Source of the DNA: Xylographa opegraphella | Lineage: Eukaryota | Direction of reading: 5' to 3' | DNA: 64,000 nucleotides | NCBI GenBank assembly: GCA_022813865.1 | Contig: JALDZX010000002.1 | Location: 186,001 to 250,000 of the forward strand | Shown here: positions 27,001 to 39,904 of the stretch, one piece after another | How the letters are laid out: every line of letters begins with the position of its first letter | How positions within the stretch are numbered: position 1 is the first letter of the stretch | Made by a program: the position numbers and the translations under genes | The notes under the pieces: model-generated | What the model was told of the DNA's origin: nothing | What the model saw: only the letters and a program-made list of their open reading frames with translations | Databases searched by the model: none

Positions 27001-29178
27001 GAACAATACCAGGAACTTTTCTTCGTTCTGCAAACGCAACCTCAATACTTAGGAAGACTTTTCAAGAAGATACGGGAACAAGCTACTCCGGAGAAAGAAT
27101 GTGAACGGTTGAAGCATCTTATGATGGGCCTGTTCGGCTATGCTCAAAAGCGAAGGGAAGAGTATTATCTCCTCAAACTGATCACTCGATCCATCAAAGA
27201 AGAAGTAGATGGCTGCCACTCATTACAAGAGTATCTACGGGGAAATTTCTTCTGGGCCAAGCTTTTCAGCGCATACATCAAATCACCGCGGGATCGAAAG
27301 TTCATGAGGGGCCTAATGGGCACCCTCATCAAAGACAATATTATCGAAAATCCAGAGCTGGATCTCGAAAGCGACCCAATGCAGATTTATCTCCGATCAA
27401 TCGAGAATGAACAGCTGCGTACCGGACAGAGGAGTCGACGGAGTCCTGACATTGCGCGCGAAGAAGCCATCAGAGACGAAGAAACTAAGCGAACTTTTAT
27501 CGCTCATCTGCAAGATCTGAGAGACATTGCCGATCAATTCTTTTCTTCTCTTGAGGAACTCTTGTTCAAAATGCCGTACGGTATTAGGTATATTACGCGG
27601 CAAATGTTTCAGTATCTCGTGTCTAAATTCCAACACGAAGAACAAAGTCACATACTGAAAATTGTCGGCCATTGGTTATGGAAGAATTATCTTCAGCCGG
27701 CACTGCTCGAACCTGAAAAGTTTGGGGTCGTTGATCGGGGTCTGTCCCAGGAGCACAAGAGAAATATGGGTGAGGTGGCAAAGGTTCTCGGTCAGATTGC
27801 GGCGGGCAAGTTATTTGGTGTCGACCATGTATTCTTGCAACCTTTGAACAGTTATGTCCGAGAATCAATTGAGCGGATAGGCGAGACCTGGGCTACGTGT
27901 AGGTTTTCTTCTATTTATCCCTTCGATACTTTGCTGACGAAAGACTAGTGATCGACGTTCCTGATGCTGAGACTCAATTCGATATTGATGAGTTCAACGA
28001 CCTTTACGCCAAAACGAAACCAACCCTATACATAAAGATGGCCGATATATTTTCAGTTCACCATCTTATCGCAGCAGAAACTCAGTGCATATGTCCTAAT
28101 CAAGATGATATCCTGCGCGATGTCATTCGTGAGCTCGGCAGTGCAAAGAATAACGAGAATGAGCTAAGGAGCGTAAGCGGTTCAGAAATATGCCTGACTC
28201 TGAATCCGAAGCTACACGATGTGGAAGGTATATGAATTCTCGAAGACGGAAAATGGATTGCAGCTAACTTCAGATCCAGATCCGGACGCTGAGGTAAAGG
28301 CTTTATTTATGGAGACCAAGCGATGCATTCTGTACATAATTCGTGTGCAAGCTGGTACTAACCTCATGGAAATCATGGTAAAGCCTATCACAATGGAAGA
28401 CCAGGACCGGTGGGATAGTATCGTCCGCGACGAGCTATCAGCAGGCAGTCGGAAGCGAGGCGCTTATGCGGAAGCAAACACTCTCATTGACATCGCTTCG
28501 ATGAATTACTCAGAACTCAAACGTACAGCACTCGAAAACATCCTCCAGCTCGAACAATTCGGACGCTTGACGCGCCACAACCATTACCAAGATCTTCTGA
28601 ACGCCATCGCGGTTGACATTCGCACTAAGCACCGCCGTCGTATACAGCGACAGCGCGAGCTCGAAGGTGTTCGCCTCACCCTCGTTCGGCTCAACGACCA
28701 AGCCGTTTATCTCGATCAGCAGTTGAAGACCTACAATGACTATATCGAACAAGCAATGGTGACGCTGCAGAACAAAAAAGGCAAGAAGCGCTTCCTCATG
28801 CCCTTTACTAAACAATGGGACCACGAGCGTGAACTTCAGCGCTCTGGCCGGGTCCCCAAATTCGGTTCCTTCAAGTACTCGGCCCAGGAGCTTGCGAATC
28901 GTGGTGTTCTTGTATCATGGACTGGGTACAACGAGCGCCAATGGGACAAAATCGACCTCACGATCTCGAGTAACGAGGTTGGTGTGTTTAGTATCGAAGG
29001 TAGCAGTGGTAGCATAGCCATGCCCGGTTCAAGCGCGCAGGTACCTCTGGATGATTTGCTGCAGGCACAGTATAACGGCACGCAGTTCCTGGAGTTCTTC
29101 AGCGGCGTGCTGAGGGTGAATGTCAATCTCTTCTTGCATTTAATTATGAGGAAGTTTTATAAGGACCGGGACTCATGA
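24052..29178 (+). CDS. IQGAP family cytokinesis protein (Iqg1/Rng2/SepG-like): CH domain, IQ repeats, RasGAP-related domain, RasGAP_C; 3 exons
   Basis: QAYEYLCHIGEAKEWIE..LRDGV..DLYEKKNIPKVIYCIHALS; many LQAxxRGxxxR IQ repeats; MPYGIRY; FGSFKYSA; introns 27899-27948 and 28228-28273/28279. Confidence 0.95.
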
Positions 29179-29804
29179 GTCGGGAAGGGGCGATGGCTGA
29201 TGAAATGCATTGGAGCGGCGCTGCTGGTTGTTCGGATTTGGTTCAAGCGGCTAAGGGTATATATCAACGTCGTCTGCTGAGGGCTTGGACGCTCCTTGGA
29301 ATGTAGGAGCTGGACATAGGATGGATAAGGGATTGTAGATGTACCCCTTCGCAACAAATAGTGTATGCTTAGAAAATACCGTCTTGGCAAGTATGACAAT
29401 CATTTATGGAGAAAGTGTCTAAGATGTATTTGCAAAAGTTTTGTTGTGAGTTCGAATTAAAATTTTCATTACCAGCTGCCATGCTCGCCCCCGAGGACCC
29501 GCAAGGACGCACTACCCCGGGAGCTCAAGGTCATAGGCCCCAATTCCAACATAAATTCTTATTAAAAAAAGATTCCGCGTCCGCGAAGCTGGGATATAGT
29601 CGCCACACAAGCTGAAAACACATGACATAACTATTTAACCTTTATCGCCCGCCGTATTGGATCAGTCCATGGAAATACATTACGAGAATAGTTTATTTTA
29701 GCCTTTTTAGGCCGTGTCAAGATTGGGTGTTTTCAGCCTCGTGCATCTTACCATGACCATCTTGACTTATTGCTCTCATCACGGAATAGTATTTTTCACA
29801 TAAT

Positions 29805-32072
29805 ATGGGAAACTGCGCTAGTACGTACAGCCTGGACCGGTGTGTCGCACTGACGGAAGAGCCTTTGGACGCGGATCCTGGTATTGTGGGACTTGGTGTA
29901 TGGTGATTGCATTCCTTGGTGCTAGAGTCGCTTTTTGACGACACTTCAGGTATTGGGGGGCTTTGCAGTCACCGCTTTACTCACATTTGGGGCTATCATT
30001 TTAGGCTATCTCACAAAGGCTCTTCCGGAGGATTCTCTGACTGATCTTGACCACAGAGTTGTGGACAAGATAGCTAGCTCGTGGGTAGGTGTTATATCCG
30101 TGAAGGCTTGGTTAGGCTTTATTCGCATTTCAAGAAGATGCCTGTTCCTTAAACCGCCCAATGAGAAGGACGACCTAAGCGCCGACCAACGGAGGGAAGC
30201 TCTCAAGAAATTCGTACTCACACTGAGCGATCAGCAGCTTGTAACCGGTATTGCAATCCTCGTGGCCTGCTTCGCGAATTGGTGCAGAACGTCTGTCTAC
30301 GAGCTCAACATGGTCGTTGCCCTGGCTTGGTTCTCATCAGCTACACATCTTGCAACGCTGGATGTTCTACAAGATTACTTCAAACACAATCGAGTGGTCC
30401 GGAATTGGCGAATGATTGGTATGGTAGCCATTGTGCTGCTCTTGATTGCGGGACTACTGCTCACCGGATTCTATACCAATACTAATGCAGACTCGGCGCC
30501 TCTTCCATGCTTGTCATATCTGAGTGGCATTATAATATATGACTGCAACGGCACAATCTTTCGTACCAATACCACTCTCCTTGATAATGCCGCATGGAAT
30601 GCCACATCTTATGACAACTCCACAGTTTATGAAAACGGCACATCCTATGCTAACGCTTCGTCTTACGATGACTGCAACTGGTATGGTGGAAATGGCGAAT
30701 TTGACATGGATATAATCTTGTATCTCGGACCTGTTTTTACGGTAGCATATCTTGTATATGGGTATGCAAGTGCACTACTGCGGACCTTTGCGATTTCTGA
30801 AAATATCGCTCTCACCCCTCTGCATATGTCGATATACCTGAGCCTTAAAGTCTTTAATCCTCGCACGAAAAGCACGACGATGGAAGTCATCGACAAGACG
30901 ATCATTAAATGCAGGGCCAAGAGACGGGCGGATTTTAACCAGAAGTTTGCAAAGCTGTTCAAAATCACATATAGTAACAGATTCCAACAACTTTCGTCTG
31001 TCTTTGCCACTTACCGTGAATCATTTCTGTCTCACATAGGTGGTCTCTTCTTCGCCATGTCATATGGATTCTCAAGGGTCGTGGCGTATCGATGGGCCTT
31101 CGATGGACCAAGCTTGGAAGCTGGCAGCAATCGCGTTGACTTTGGCCAGGTCGTTCCACTGGTACTTCTAGTGTTACCGCTGCTGGCTGCAGCAGAAATC
31201 TTCCACGGTAATTTAGTTCTTTTCTCGCACGGCTTTCATATATTGATAGAACATTAGAGAACGACGATAAGGAGGCAGAGGAAGTTTTGAATAAAGATGT
31301 AACCTCAGCGCCAACTGCGGACGGCAATACAGAGGTTCATGGTGGTTGCAACAGCGACAGTATCACTGCCAGCGAAATCGAACAAGCCCACGTGATCTTG
31401 CCAGACCCAGCGAGCCTTCACAAAATAGCATCTACTCCGCAAATCTCTCAACAGCCAGCAGGATCCCACAGAAAGTCGATCGAAAGCCCACAGCGCAGTG
31501 GCGTACAGGGGCATGAGCCATTTGGAGTGATTTTCCTGTTCCATATCATCACTTCGATCTTGGTCGGTATTCTCCTAAATTTATCGACCGCGGCCGTAGT
31601 GGCAGGACCCGTCATCATGAGCTTGATCTTTATTTTCGTGCTTGGTGGTAATTGCTCTGAGGCTGTCTCCGCAGTCTTCCTGCTGTATCGCGCAACAAGA
31701 GACAAAACGCTTGACGAAGACTCGCAGCGTGTGCCGACCGCAGACAAAGATATTGAGCTACCTGCAATGGCTAGTGGACGCGTTTCTCAACGCACCACTG
31801 CGGCTCAACCATTTTCTTCGGCTAACGAGGCACCGCATGACCGAGGCACGGTGATGGCGGCCCCTGATCTCGGCAAGGACGTGAGCCAACACAGCCAAGG
31901 TCACGACTTACCAGCTTCACAGACCACACTACATGGGCAAGAAGTAGTGGACGACTCAGACAGTGACAACCGGCTATATCTCAGCCCCAGCAGGCAAGAC
32001 ACGGAGTCTGGTCTTCGGGGGTGGCATTCACCGACGGTTGAACGCGTCGCATCGAACGCAAGTATACATTAA
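29805..32072 (+). CDS. Uncharacterised fungal multi-pass membrane protein; 3 exons
   Basis: Exon 1 MGNCAS…DADPGIVGLG, intron 29898-29949, then LSDQQLVTGIAIL, LAWFSSATHLATL and DFGQVVPLVLLVLP; intron 31208-31257 joins in frame to ORF 31287-32072. Confidence 0.78.
30595..30666 (+). repeat. 4 x 18-bp coding tandem repeat (xNx[S/T]xY sequons)
   Basis: tggaatgccacatcttat / gacaactccacagtttat / gaaaacggcacatcctat / gctaacgcttcgtcttac = WNATSY DNSTVY ENGTSY ANASSY. Confidence 0.7.
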
Positions 32073-33616
32073 AGTTCCTCAAGAAGCCCAGATGATAATG
32101 TTCTGAGCAAATTCATTCCCGAGGCTTGTTACAGTCTAGTTTTGTTTATAAGGAGCCAAGCAAGAATGATTGCCGCCACCGTCAAGGACGTGGCAAAGCT
32201 GCGAGCGATAAAAGATACTTTTAACGAAGGAGGACTGGCGGTGGAGCTTTACGGACCTGAAATACACGTGGTGGACGAGGCTTGCGCTGCACGAACGTCG
32301 TAAAATAGACGAAGAACGAGCGAGCATGCCAAAGCCGAACCGGTACACACTGCGAGCGGTGCAAGTATTCTCGATGCCTCTGACCAAACCCCCGGGCAGC
32401 CAGCTTTCCGCGGGACAAACGATTCATCACCCCAGCTCGACGATCCAGAGCCCGCATCACCAACAGCCTGGACCATCTCACCCGGGCCGGACCCGACGTG
32501 ACTCTGAAACTTTCCCTCGCGGTTGGTCGATGATCTCCACGCCATGCGAATCCTCTCGGTATGCATCTCAGAGCAGCCATGGCCCGCGCTTCCACTGCTT
32601 GCCGAGCCTCAGCTCCCATTCTGGAACGCAGGACTCGGTTCGTACAACCACAGTGAAGAAGGCGCTTAGCGCGTGCTGTCGAGAGCGGACTGATCTGACG
32701 ATTGGGGGTGTGCGGAGCTGCACTCGGCTCTGATGTGGGAATGTGGGTAAGGGTGCATGCTCGGAGATGTGGACGCGTCTATGTGTCTGCCCGCCGTGGA
32801 TGACGACGAGATCGAGACGATATTGGTAAGGGCCGCAAGCTTTAACAGACCAGGCCGTCTGCTCTGCAACGACATGAACCCTGCCACTCAGGCCATTCAA
32901 CCACTGAGTGATTATTCACCCTTCCCAAACCCCACCCGTCGTCTATCTGTCTACCGTCCGATTGTCAAATATACAAACTTCACACAGCAGCACACACACA
33001 CACACGCATGCACGCAGACACAAGATCTGCCCTCTGCGACGTCTTGAACCCTCTAGCCTAGCCTAGCCTACCATAGCCTAAATAACAAAATAAAGGTAGG
33101 TAAAATAGCCACCGCTCATAAAACTCATACATAGCTCCCTCTCTCCCCCTCTCTCTCTCCCTATCTCTCCTCTGTTTCAACCCAAGCCCTCAACGGCGAG
33201 CGATTGCGAATCTCGTATCCCAAATTCCAGGCCTTCCATCCCACACACACACTCATTGACCCAGTCACTCACCCCCTAGAATTCACTGACCCGATGCGCA
33301 ACTATAAGGATAACAAAATGCCCTTCGGCAGCGACTCCCACCCACCCAGCCACTCACACACAGACACACACCACTCAACGAAGCAACTTACACGCATCCG
33401 GAAAAAAAAAATCCCTCCCACAACGCATAACCAAATATCCAATAACCAGAAAAGCCCCACCCCCCGTGTGGCCCCTGCCTCGCTACCAAAAATGCCCAGC
33501 ACTCGAATCCACCAACTCTTTCTAACAAAAAAAATATATATAGTCCAAGAAACGAAAAGTTCCTACCCTCCTCTTCTCACCCCCCCCCCCCTCCTTCCGA
33601 GTAGCTCCACGTTCAC

Positions 33617-36600
33617 TCACAACCGCCACTCATCCCCCTCCCCCGCCCTCACGCCGGCACTACCCACACCCTCCACCCTCCCCACCAACTCCTTCGCCCC
33701 CCTCGCCAGCTCAAACGCCAACGGCGGCAGCGCAGCCAAATGCTCCCTCCACAGCGCAAGGCCGACGACCTCGCGGCCATCGTCGTCCGCAGCCAACAAG
33801 CGGGCCTTGCAAGCGGCCAAGCTGCGCACCACGGGCCCGACCGCCTCGCGCAGCGGCTCATGCGCCCCGCCGTCCACCACGCGCGTCGTCTCGTGGATGA
33901 GGGCCTTGACGGCGGCGGCGATGGCGAGGATGTGCGTATGGATGGTGGGTGGGGGGTCGGTGGTGCGGATGGAGGAGACGAGGCTTTGGATGGCGGAGAC
34001 GAGGTTGAGGGTTTGCGTGTCGAGGAAGAGCTGTGTGGGGGGGAGGTCAGCATGGGAGACGAGGGCGTGGGGAGGTTGGGTGGGGGAGGGGAAGGGGAAG
34101 GCGACGGACCTTGAGGTCTTCGATGGCGCTGTCGCGGGCCGGGGGGCCGTGGCCAGGGCGGGGCACGACGGCGGCATTGCCGTTCGGGAGGCCCTGGCGT
34201 GCGGTGTGGTCCCGGGATGGGTTCCGCGGTATGTGGGCGGCCGCCCGGGGGAGTTGCGGTGGCGAGATCTGCTGCACGGAGGCGTGGGAGCTGTAGACGG
34301 AGTCGGCGACGCTGGCGCGGCCGTTGGTGCTGGCGGGGATGCTGAAGTAGCCGGTGGAGCCGGGGGGCAAGCTCCCGTCGTCGTCGTCACCGAGCTCGCC
34401 GGCCGGGGTGGGACGGATCTTGACGGTGCGGACGAGCTCGACCACGGCGGCGGCGAGGTGGGAGGCCGCGGCGTCGAGGAGCGAGACGGGCGAGAGGCCG
34501 TGCGCCTGCGCGAAGTTCTTGGCCGCCGTGATGAAGTTGTTGGCCGTGGCGGAGACGTTGGCGCGCAGGCGGGCGCGCTGCTGCGCCAGGTCGTCGTCCG
34601 GTGCCACGCTGTCGCTGATGTCCTGGCAGATGGCGCGGATGGCCAGCACGACGGCCTTCATGTACTCGATCACCGAGGGCCCTTCGCCGACGCGCGCGAT
34701 GCGGAGGACCTCGTCGATGGCGATCTGGAACTTCGTGACGTGCACGTCGCGCACGAGGCCGTCCTGCCGGGTCAGGGAGCCGTCTTTGGCGGTCTGGATG
34801 GCGCCGGGGGATTGGATGGCGAGACCCATGGAGGCGGTGCGCACGGTGCGGAGCTGGGTCTTGGTTCGTGCGTAGCGGCTCTTCCATTCTTTGACTTCGT
34901 CTTCGAGCCGGTGCACCTCGTGCGACAGTTTCTCTTCACGCTCCCAGTTCTGCCCACTGCGGTCGGAAATGGCTTTCATCTCGCTCAGGAACGTGGACGC
35001 CTCCAGCCGGACCTCGTTTGATATTTTCTGCTGTTCCTGCAGCTCACGACGTAGCTCTTCATTATCACGTTGTAATTCTTCGTAACGGGCTTTCCATTCG
35101 TTATTTCCACTTCCTTGCGTCGTTATTTGTTTGTTCTTTTGCTCGAGCTGTGATCGAAGATTGTCCAGTTCGGAAGCATGGTCGGACTGGAGATTGTCCA
35201 GCTCGCGGGCATGGTAAGATTGAAGACTATCTGTCTCGTTTGCGTGACTGGATCGGAGGTCGTCCAATTCATTGGCGTGATAAGATCTGACTTTGTCGAT
35301 CTCGGACTGGAGGTTGTCGTTCAGCTTCAACGCTTCCTCGAGCTTGCCCTCCAAATCTCTTTGGAGCTGGGACCATTCCTGTCCGGCTTGTTCGAACTCT
35401 CTGCTGGCCTATCATAGACATATTAGCAGCCAATCCCTACCGTCGTCGAACTTTACGTACACTCTCCATTTCATGCTTACTACCCTCCAAACTCGCGATT
35501 GTAGCATCTTTGACCCGAGCCTGATCCTCAAGACTTCCAATCCTCCCTTGCAGATCATTGATCTGTGTTTGGTAGTCGGCAATCATCTTCTTGTCTCGTT
35601 CAACACTAGCAGTGCTGCGACTCGTCATGCTCGTATCTCTTCGCGTTACGCTGTACATATCATCCACATATTCTGGATCATCATCGTCTTCCACGAGGTA
35701 GCTCTTGTTCGGCACGATAGTATTGGTCTGAGACGACTTGGGGGCTGGTCTGTTGAAGTCGTCCTGACCGCCCATGGCAGGAATGCCGTGACCGGCAAAC
35801 ACTTGACCCCCTAAAGATCCTTGTCGGGTATAGCCCGGCCTTTTGGGGCCTTGCCCTTGGCCTTTCGAGCCGGGTCTTGTGCCATCAGGAGTCCCCGTCC
35901 GGCTCGGGGGACCTCTCATGCTGTTTGCAGGACTATCCCTCCGGCTTATATCCCCTGCCGCAAACCTGGGAAACCGGCGTTCCAGCTCGAAAAATACATC
36001 CGTCGCCAGAGCTGTGAACCGGGTGATCGGTAGGGTCGAAAGCTTTTGTCGTGCCTGATTGCGCTTCGGGTGGAAGTTCTCCTTGGGCAGGAGGAATGCC
36101 GGCCTTTTCTCCCTTTCCCCTGGAGGTGCGTCGTCATAATCTTTGCGTCGTAGCAGCTCATCGTAAACGTCCGTACTCAACTCCTGGAACTGTACCGCGG
36201 ACAGTCTCAGTAGTTTATCCCGGGCTCTATTCGGCTTCACGCCGTTCCTGTCATCGCGCAGCGTCGAAGCCAAGAATGCTTTCAGTTCCGTGTAATGCTG
36301 CGCCAAGTTATCCTCCATCATTGATTGTTTCCTCCGTTGCGTCTCAAGGGACATGGTGGTGCCATTGCTTGACCGCGCGATCGAACTCGGCGGCGACGGA
36401 TTACTTCGATAATCGGTGGACCGGCCGTTCATTCCGTTGTGCAGATTGCCATTCACGCCGTGGGAAAAGCCAGACACAGGCGGTGTAATAAGGTTGCCGC
36501 GGCTGTTGTTGGAGTCCAAGGTTGGTGAGTAAGTATGATCGTTGGACTGGTATCGAGTGACTCCCGACCATTCACTGCTCGCGATCGAGACCGGCGAAAG

Positions 36601-36621
36601 AGGTCCCTGGTGAGCGTTCAT
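33617..36621 (-). CDS. SPA2: Spa2/SpaA-like polarisome scaffold (two GIT/SHD1 repeats, coiled coil); 3 exons
   Basis: ARDKLLRLSAVQFQELSTDVYDELLRR and RNQARQKLSTL..F..LATDVFFELERRF (SHD repeats); GLSPVSLLDAAASHL; introns 35460-35409 and 34109-34031 restore the frame. Confidence 0.88.
35154..35285 (-). repeat. 4 x 33-bp (11-aa) tandem repeat in the Spa2 coiled coil
   Basis: SYHANELDDLR SSHANETDSLQ SYHARELDNLQ SDHASELDNLR. Confidence 0.75.
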
Positions 36622-37971
36622 AATAGGAGAGAGGACACGCGACGGGTCGACAGGATCACGGAAAGAAGCACTTGTTTCTAGTCATTGGCGGCGATTCAAA
36701 GAATGTGGGGGCGCGTATAACAACTATGGCGAGGCTCCGCCCGGTAGTTGTGGGTTCTGCAACGTGGAAGTTGGTAGCTGGCCGCGTGACTGTGCGAGTG
36801 AGGCAGAGGTGAAAGATGCCGAAGCAAAGCACCAGTCTAACAAAAGTAGGAAGAAGGAGAATTGCAAAAAAAAGCGCGCGTGAACAATGGACGGGCAAAG
36901 GACAAAGGAGGAAGTGAGGGCTTGATGAGGACGAATTTGGCCGTGGACGAACGACAGGCTCCCCTTAATCACCGCATACCAAAACAGCGAGGCCCACCGC
37001 CCAAAGATCATTCCCGCACCAGCAGCGTGACCTTTCCGGCTGTGGCCAATCACGGCCGCGTCCTCCCCTTGACTCCCAGCTGGGCCTGCTGCAGGTCCCG
37101 CCCGGGAAGTCGCCTTTGGAAGGGCAAGGGCAGGGTATGGGGGAGGGCAAGCGCCGTAACGGGCAGCTGCCACCCACCCTTTTCATGCGACTACCTACTT
37201 AAAGTACTTCATCGCTGGCAAATCTACATCTCGCGTTGGCTGCATGATCCAACCTCTGTGGCCGAGAGGCGTCTGGCATGGCGTCAATACTACACAGCGA
37301 CCCGAGGGCCGTTTCATGAGCCAAACTCCCTTCCAAGCGTTCGTTTTCGGACCGTTTCTCGCATTGCTTGAAAATAACCCCCCTGATTCATCACTCTGCA
37401 AGATTTTCAATGTTCGTGGCTTACATAATCTCGATCCTTGTCCATGCACGTGGCGTAAGGTAATTTACAACCCTTAGCGTGATCGCAGCTCTCGCTTTTC
37501 ATTGGCTGGCTGGCCTCCTTTATGATTCATAAGCCCCTCGAAAGAAGTCAGACTGCTTCGGTCAGCAATTATTGCTGAGACGTGGTGCATTGAAGACCTC
37601 GCTTCTGTTACCACGTTGTGTGCAGACGGTACACAAGAATGGTACCTTGATTTGCATCCTAATGAATGCTCCTTAGGAGCTTATTGTAAAACTATCCTTG
37701 AACATTGTGATAATCGGACAGGCCTCCTACAGGATCCAGGACTCGATGGTACCTAGGAGCAAAAGCATGGTGTGTAAGAGGCATGCGGCATTTTCTATTC
37801 GACAGTCACGGCCTTCACATGGACATTGCGCATTCACTCGGAGCCCGAGAACCCTCTGTCGCTCTCTCTGCTCAGAGGAACAATTGATAGGATGGATGAG
37901 CTATTCCTCGACCTCATGCCACCGTACCTGCCTCCCCGCCTCCCATCATTGTCTCACCTCCCATATAGACG

Positions 37972-38545
37972 TCAAGCACCCCCCTCCCCCGCCTCCGCGA
38001 TCAACGCCGTATGCAACTGCTGATGGCTGCTCTCGATCATCCTCCTCACAAACGGCAGCTCGAGCGCGTTCCCCGTCACATCAATCTCTTCCTTCAGCTC
38101 CCCCTGCGCGACCGTCCAATGCCCGTCCAAGACCAAGCCACCCGCAGCATTGCTCACGGTATCCATCCCATCGGCCCGGTTCGTGAAGGTCGCCGTGTAC
38201 GTGGTGGTGAAGATCATCAGCAACTTGTCCGTGATGGTATAGGTGATGGGCGTCACGTCCGGATTGAGGGTGTAGGACTCGACGAGCGGATTGAGCAGGA
38301 TCATCTTGACGGGGGAGTGCACGATGGCGAGGACGCTGGTGCAGAAGACGTTGGAGGGGATGGGGGTGTCGATGGTGATGTGGATGGTTTGGGTGACTGA
38401 GCTGCGCTGTTAGTCCAATCTGAGTCGAGAGCGTTGAGGAGACACCACGGTCGCGATGCGCGAGGAGAGCAGAGGGATAAGCATCACTGGCCTGCATGAG
38501 GAGGCCGAAAATGCCAATGACGGCGGGGACGCTGAGGAGATGCAT
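37972..38545 (-). CDS. Small putatively secreted protein (probably one intron near 38490-38400)
   Basis: Signal-peptide-like MHLLSVPAVIGIFGLLMQA; a CTAAC branch point and CAG acceptors near 38415-38397 lead into an open frame VTQTIHITIDTP…VESYTLNPDVTPITYTITDKL… ending at 37972. The splice donor is not clearly identifiable. Confidence 0.5.
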
Positions 38546-39904
38546 CGCAGAGAGAATCGGAGGTGGAGAATACCGAACGTCGGGACTTGGCAAGACCTTG
38601 CTTGACCGGAAGGTGAGGCAAGAGCAGAGAGCAGTCTTTATAGACACAACACCACACCTCATAGTGCCTCGGACCAGCCGAGTGAATGTAGCACGGTGGA
38701 CGTATCGATCATGCATACAGCCGTGTTGACGGGCACCTGCACCTCGGTACAGGGCCGTTGCGAAGCCAAATTATAGCAACAGCACGGGGCAGGAAGCCCC
38801 TCGTAAAAACATCCACATTTCGGGCTCATCGGTACACAAACACATCGCTACACGAGAATCGTCCTGGCGAACGAGGGCTCTCTTCCGATGGCCTGTGGTC
38901 TTTTCCGGCAGTCGTTACACGCCGTGACGCCATAGCACCATTGGGGGGGGGAGGGGGGGCGGCTTTTGCTCCGACGTACAACTCGACTCTCCGAACCAGA
39001 TGCATAGCTCTTCAAGCCAGCGACAATATCCAGCACGAACCCACCATGCCCGCCGCCACCAGAAACATAAATCGGCGTACACCGCCAACAACCCCATCTC
39101 CCCATGCGCATATACGGCCTTCAAAGCTCGCTTGACGAACCTTCAAATCCCGCACGTACAACTTCTCATCCCATGACCGAGTGGGCATCTCGCGCATCAT
39201 AGATAGCTGTCACGCGAACGTACGTACGGAGTGGCTCGTTGTACGGGGTCCGCAATGCAAAAAAAGATGATGGTGCTTGGTGCTTTGTAGGACCTGACCC
39301 GAAGGGCTGGGTTTGGGCGTGGAACGGGGTGTCGTTACTGGTGAGGATTACGATGGACTGGTGGGCCCGCCCCTGGTCGGAGTATGATTAACGATTATCA
39401 TGTGGATTACGGTTGTTGATATTTGCTTATGGGGGCGAAAAGCTCATTGAGGCATGTTATTTCGAGACCTTCCTCGGCTGCTGGTGTGGGTTCTCTCCGG
39501 CGGTAGAATAGAGTCGATCAAGAGGACGTTTCACAAATCCAGAATAAAACACTCCTGCTGCACAGTTTCGTGGATGAAAAAATGTCGCCTATTTGTCCTT
39601 CCAATAATTCTTGGGCTATCTTCTGCAGGTCCTCGCAGACGACCACCGATGCCTAAATCGGATAGAAAGGTAAACCGAGTGCACGTCAGGCAGAGCCTGT
39701 GTCTTGCATATCTTGATCATTGGACCATGGACTAAACTGTTCGACTGGGACTTTTTCTCGACACCACTATGCCTCACCTGCACTCTTCCTCAATCGACCA
39801 GCTTCTACGTGACATTCTCCCACCTGTGCCTGCTACGATCCACGACTCCCTCCACCACTTTCCCTCCGCTCTCACCTCCACTCCTCCCCCCCCCCACCCG
39901 ACCA

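Noticed and set aside
29198..29280. TGATGA…CTGA pair in the IQGAP 3' region (similar pair at ~5377-5455)
   Set aside because: The C box context is imperfect, no rRNA-complementary guide was recognised and it is not intronic; likely chance.
32540..32585. Minus-strand CTGAGATGCATACCG resembling the 5' half of a TPP riboswitch
   Set aside because: The downstream GAACTTGAT…GATAAT…CCAGCG core is missing and there is no thiamine-related host gene.
33204..35021. 605-aa + strand ORF and many other long antisense ORFs (e.g. 7741-8466, 52646-53434)
   Set aside because: These are shadow ORFs in GC-rich, stop-poor sequence opposite or overlapping real genes.
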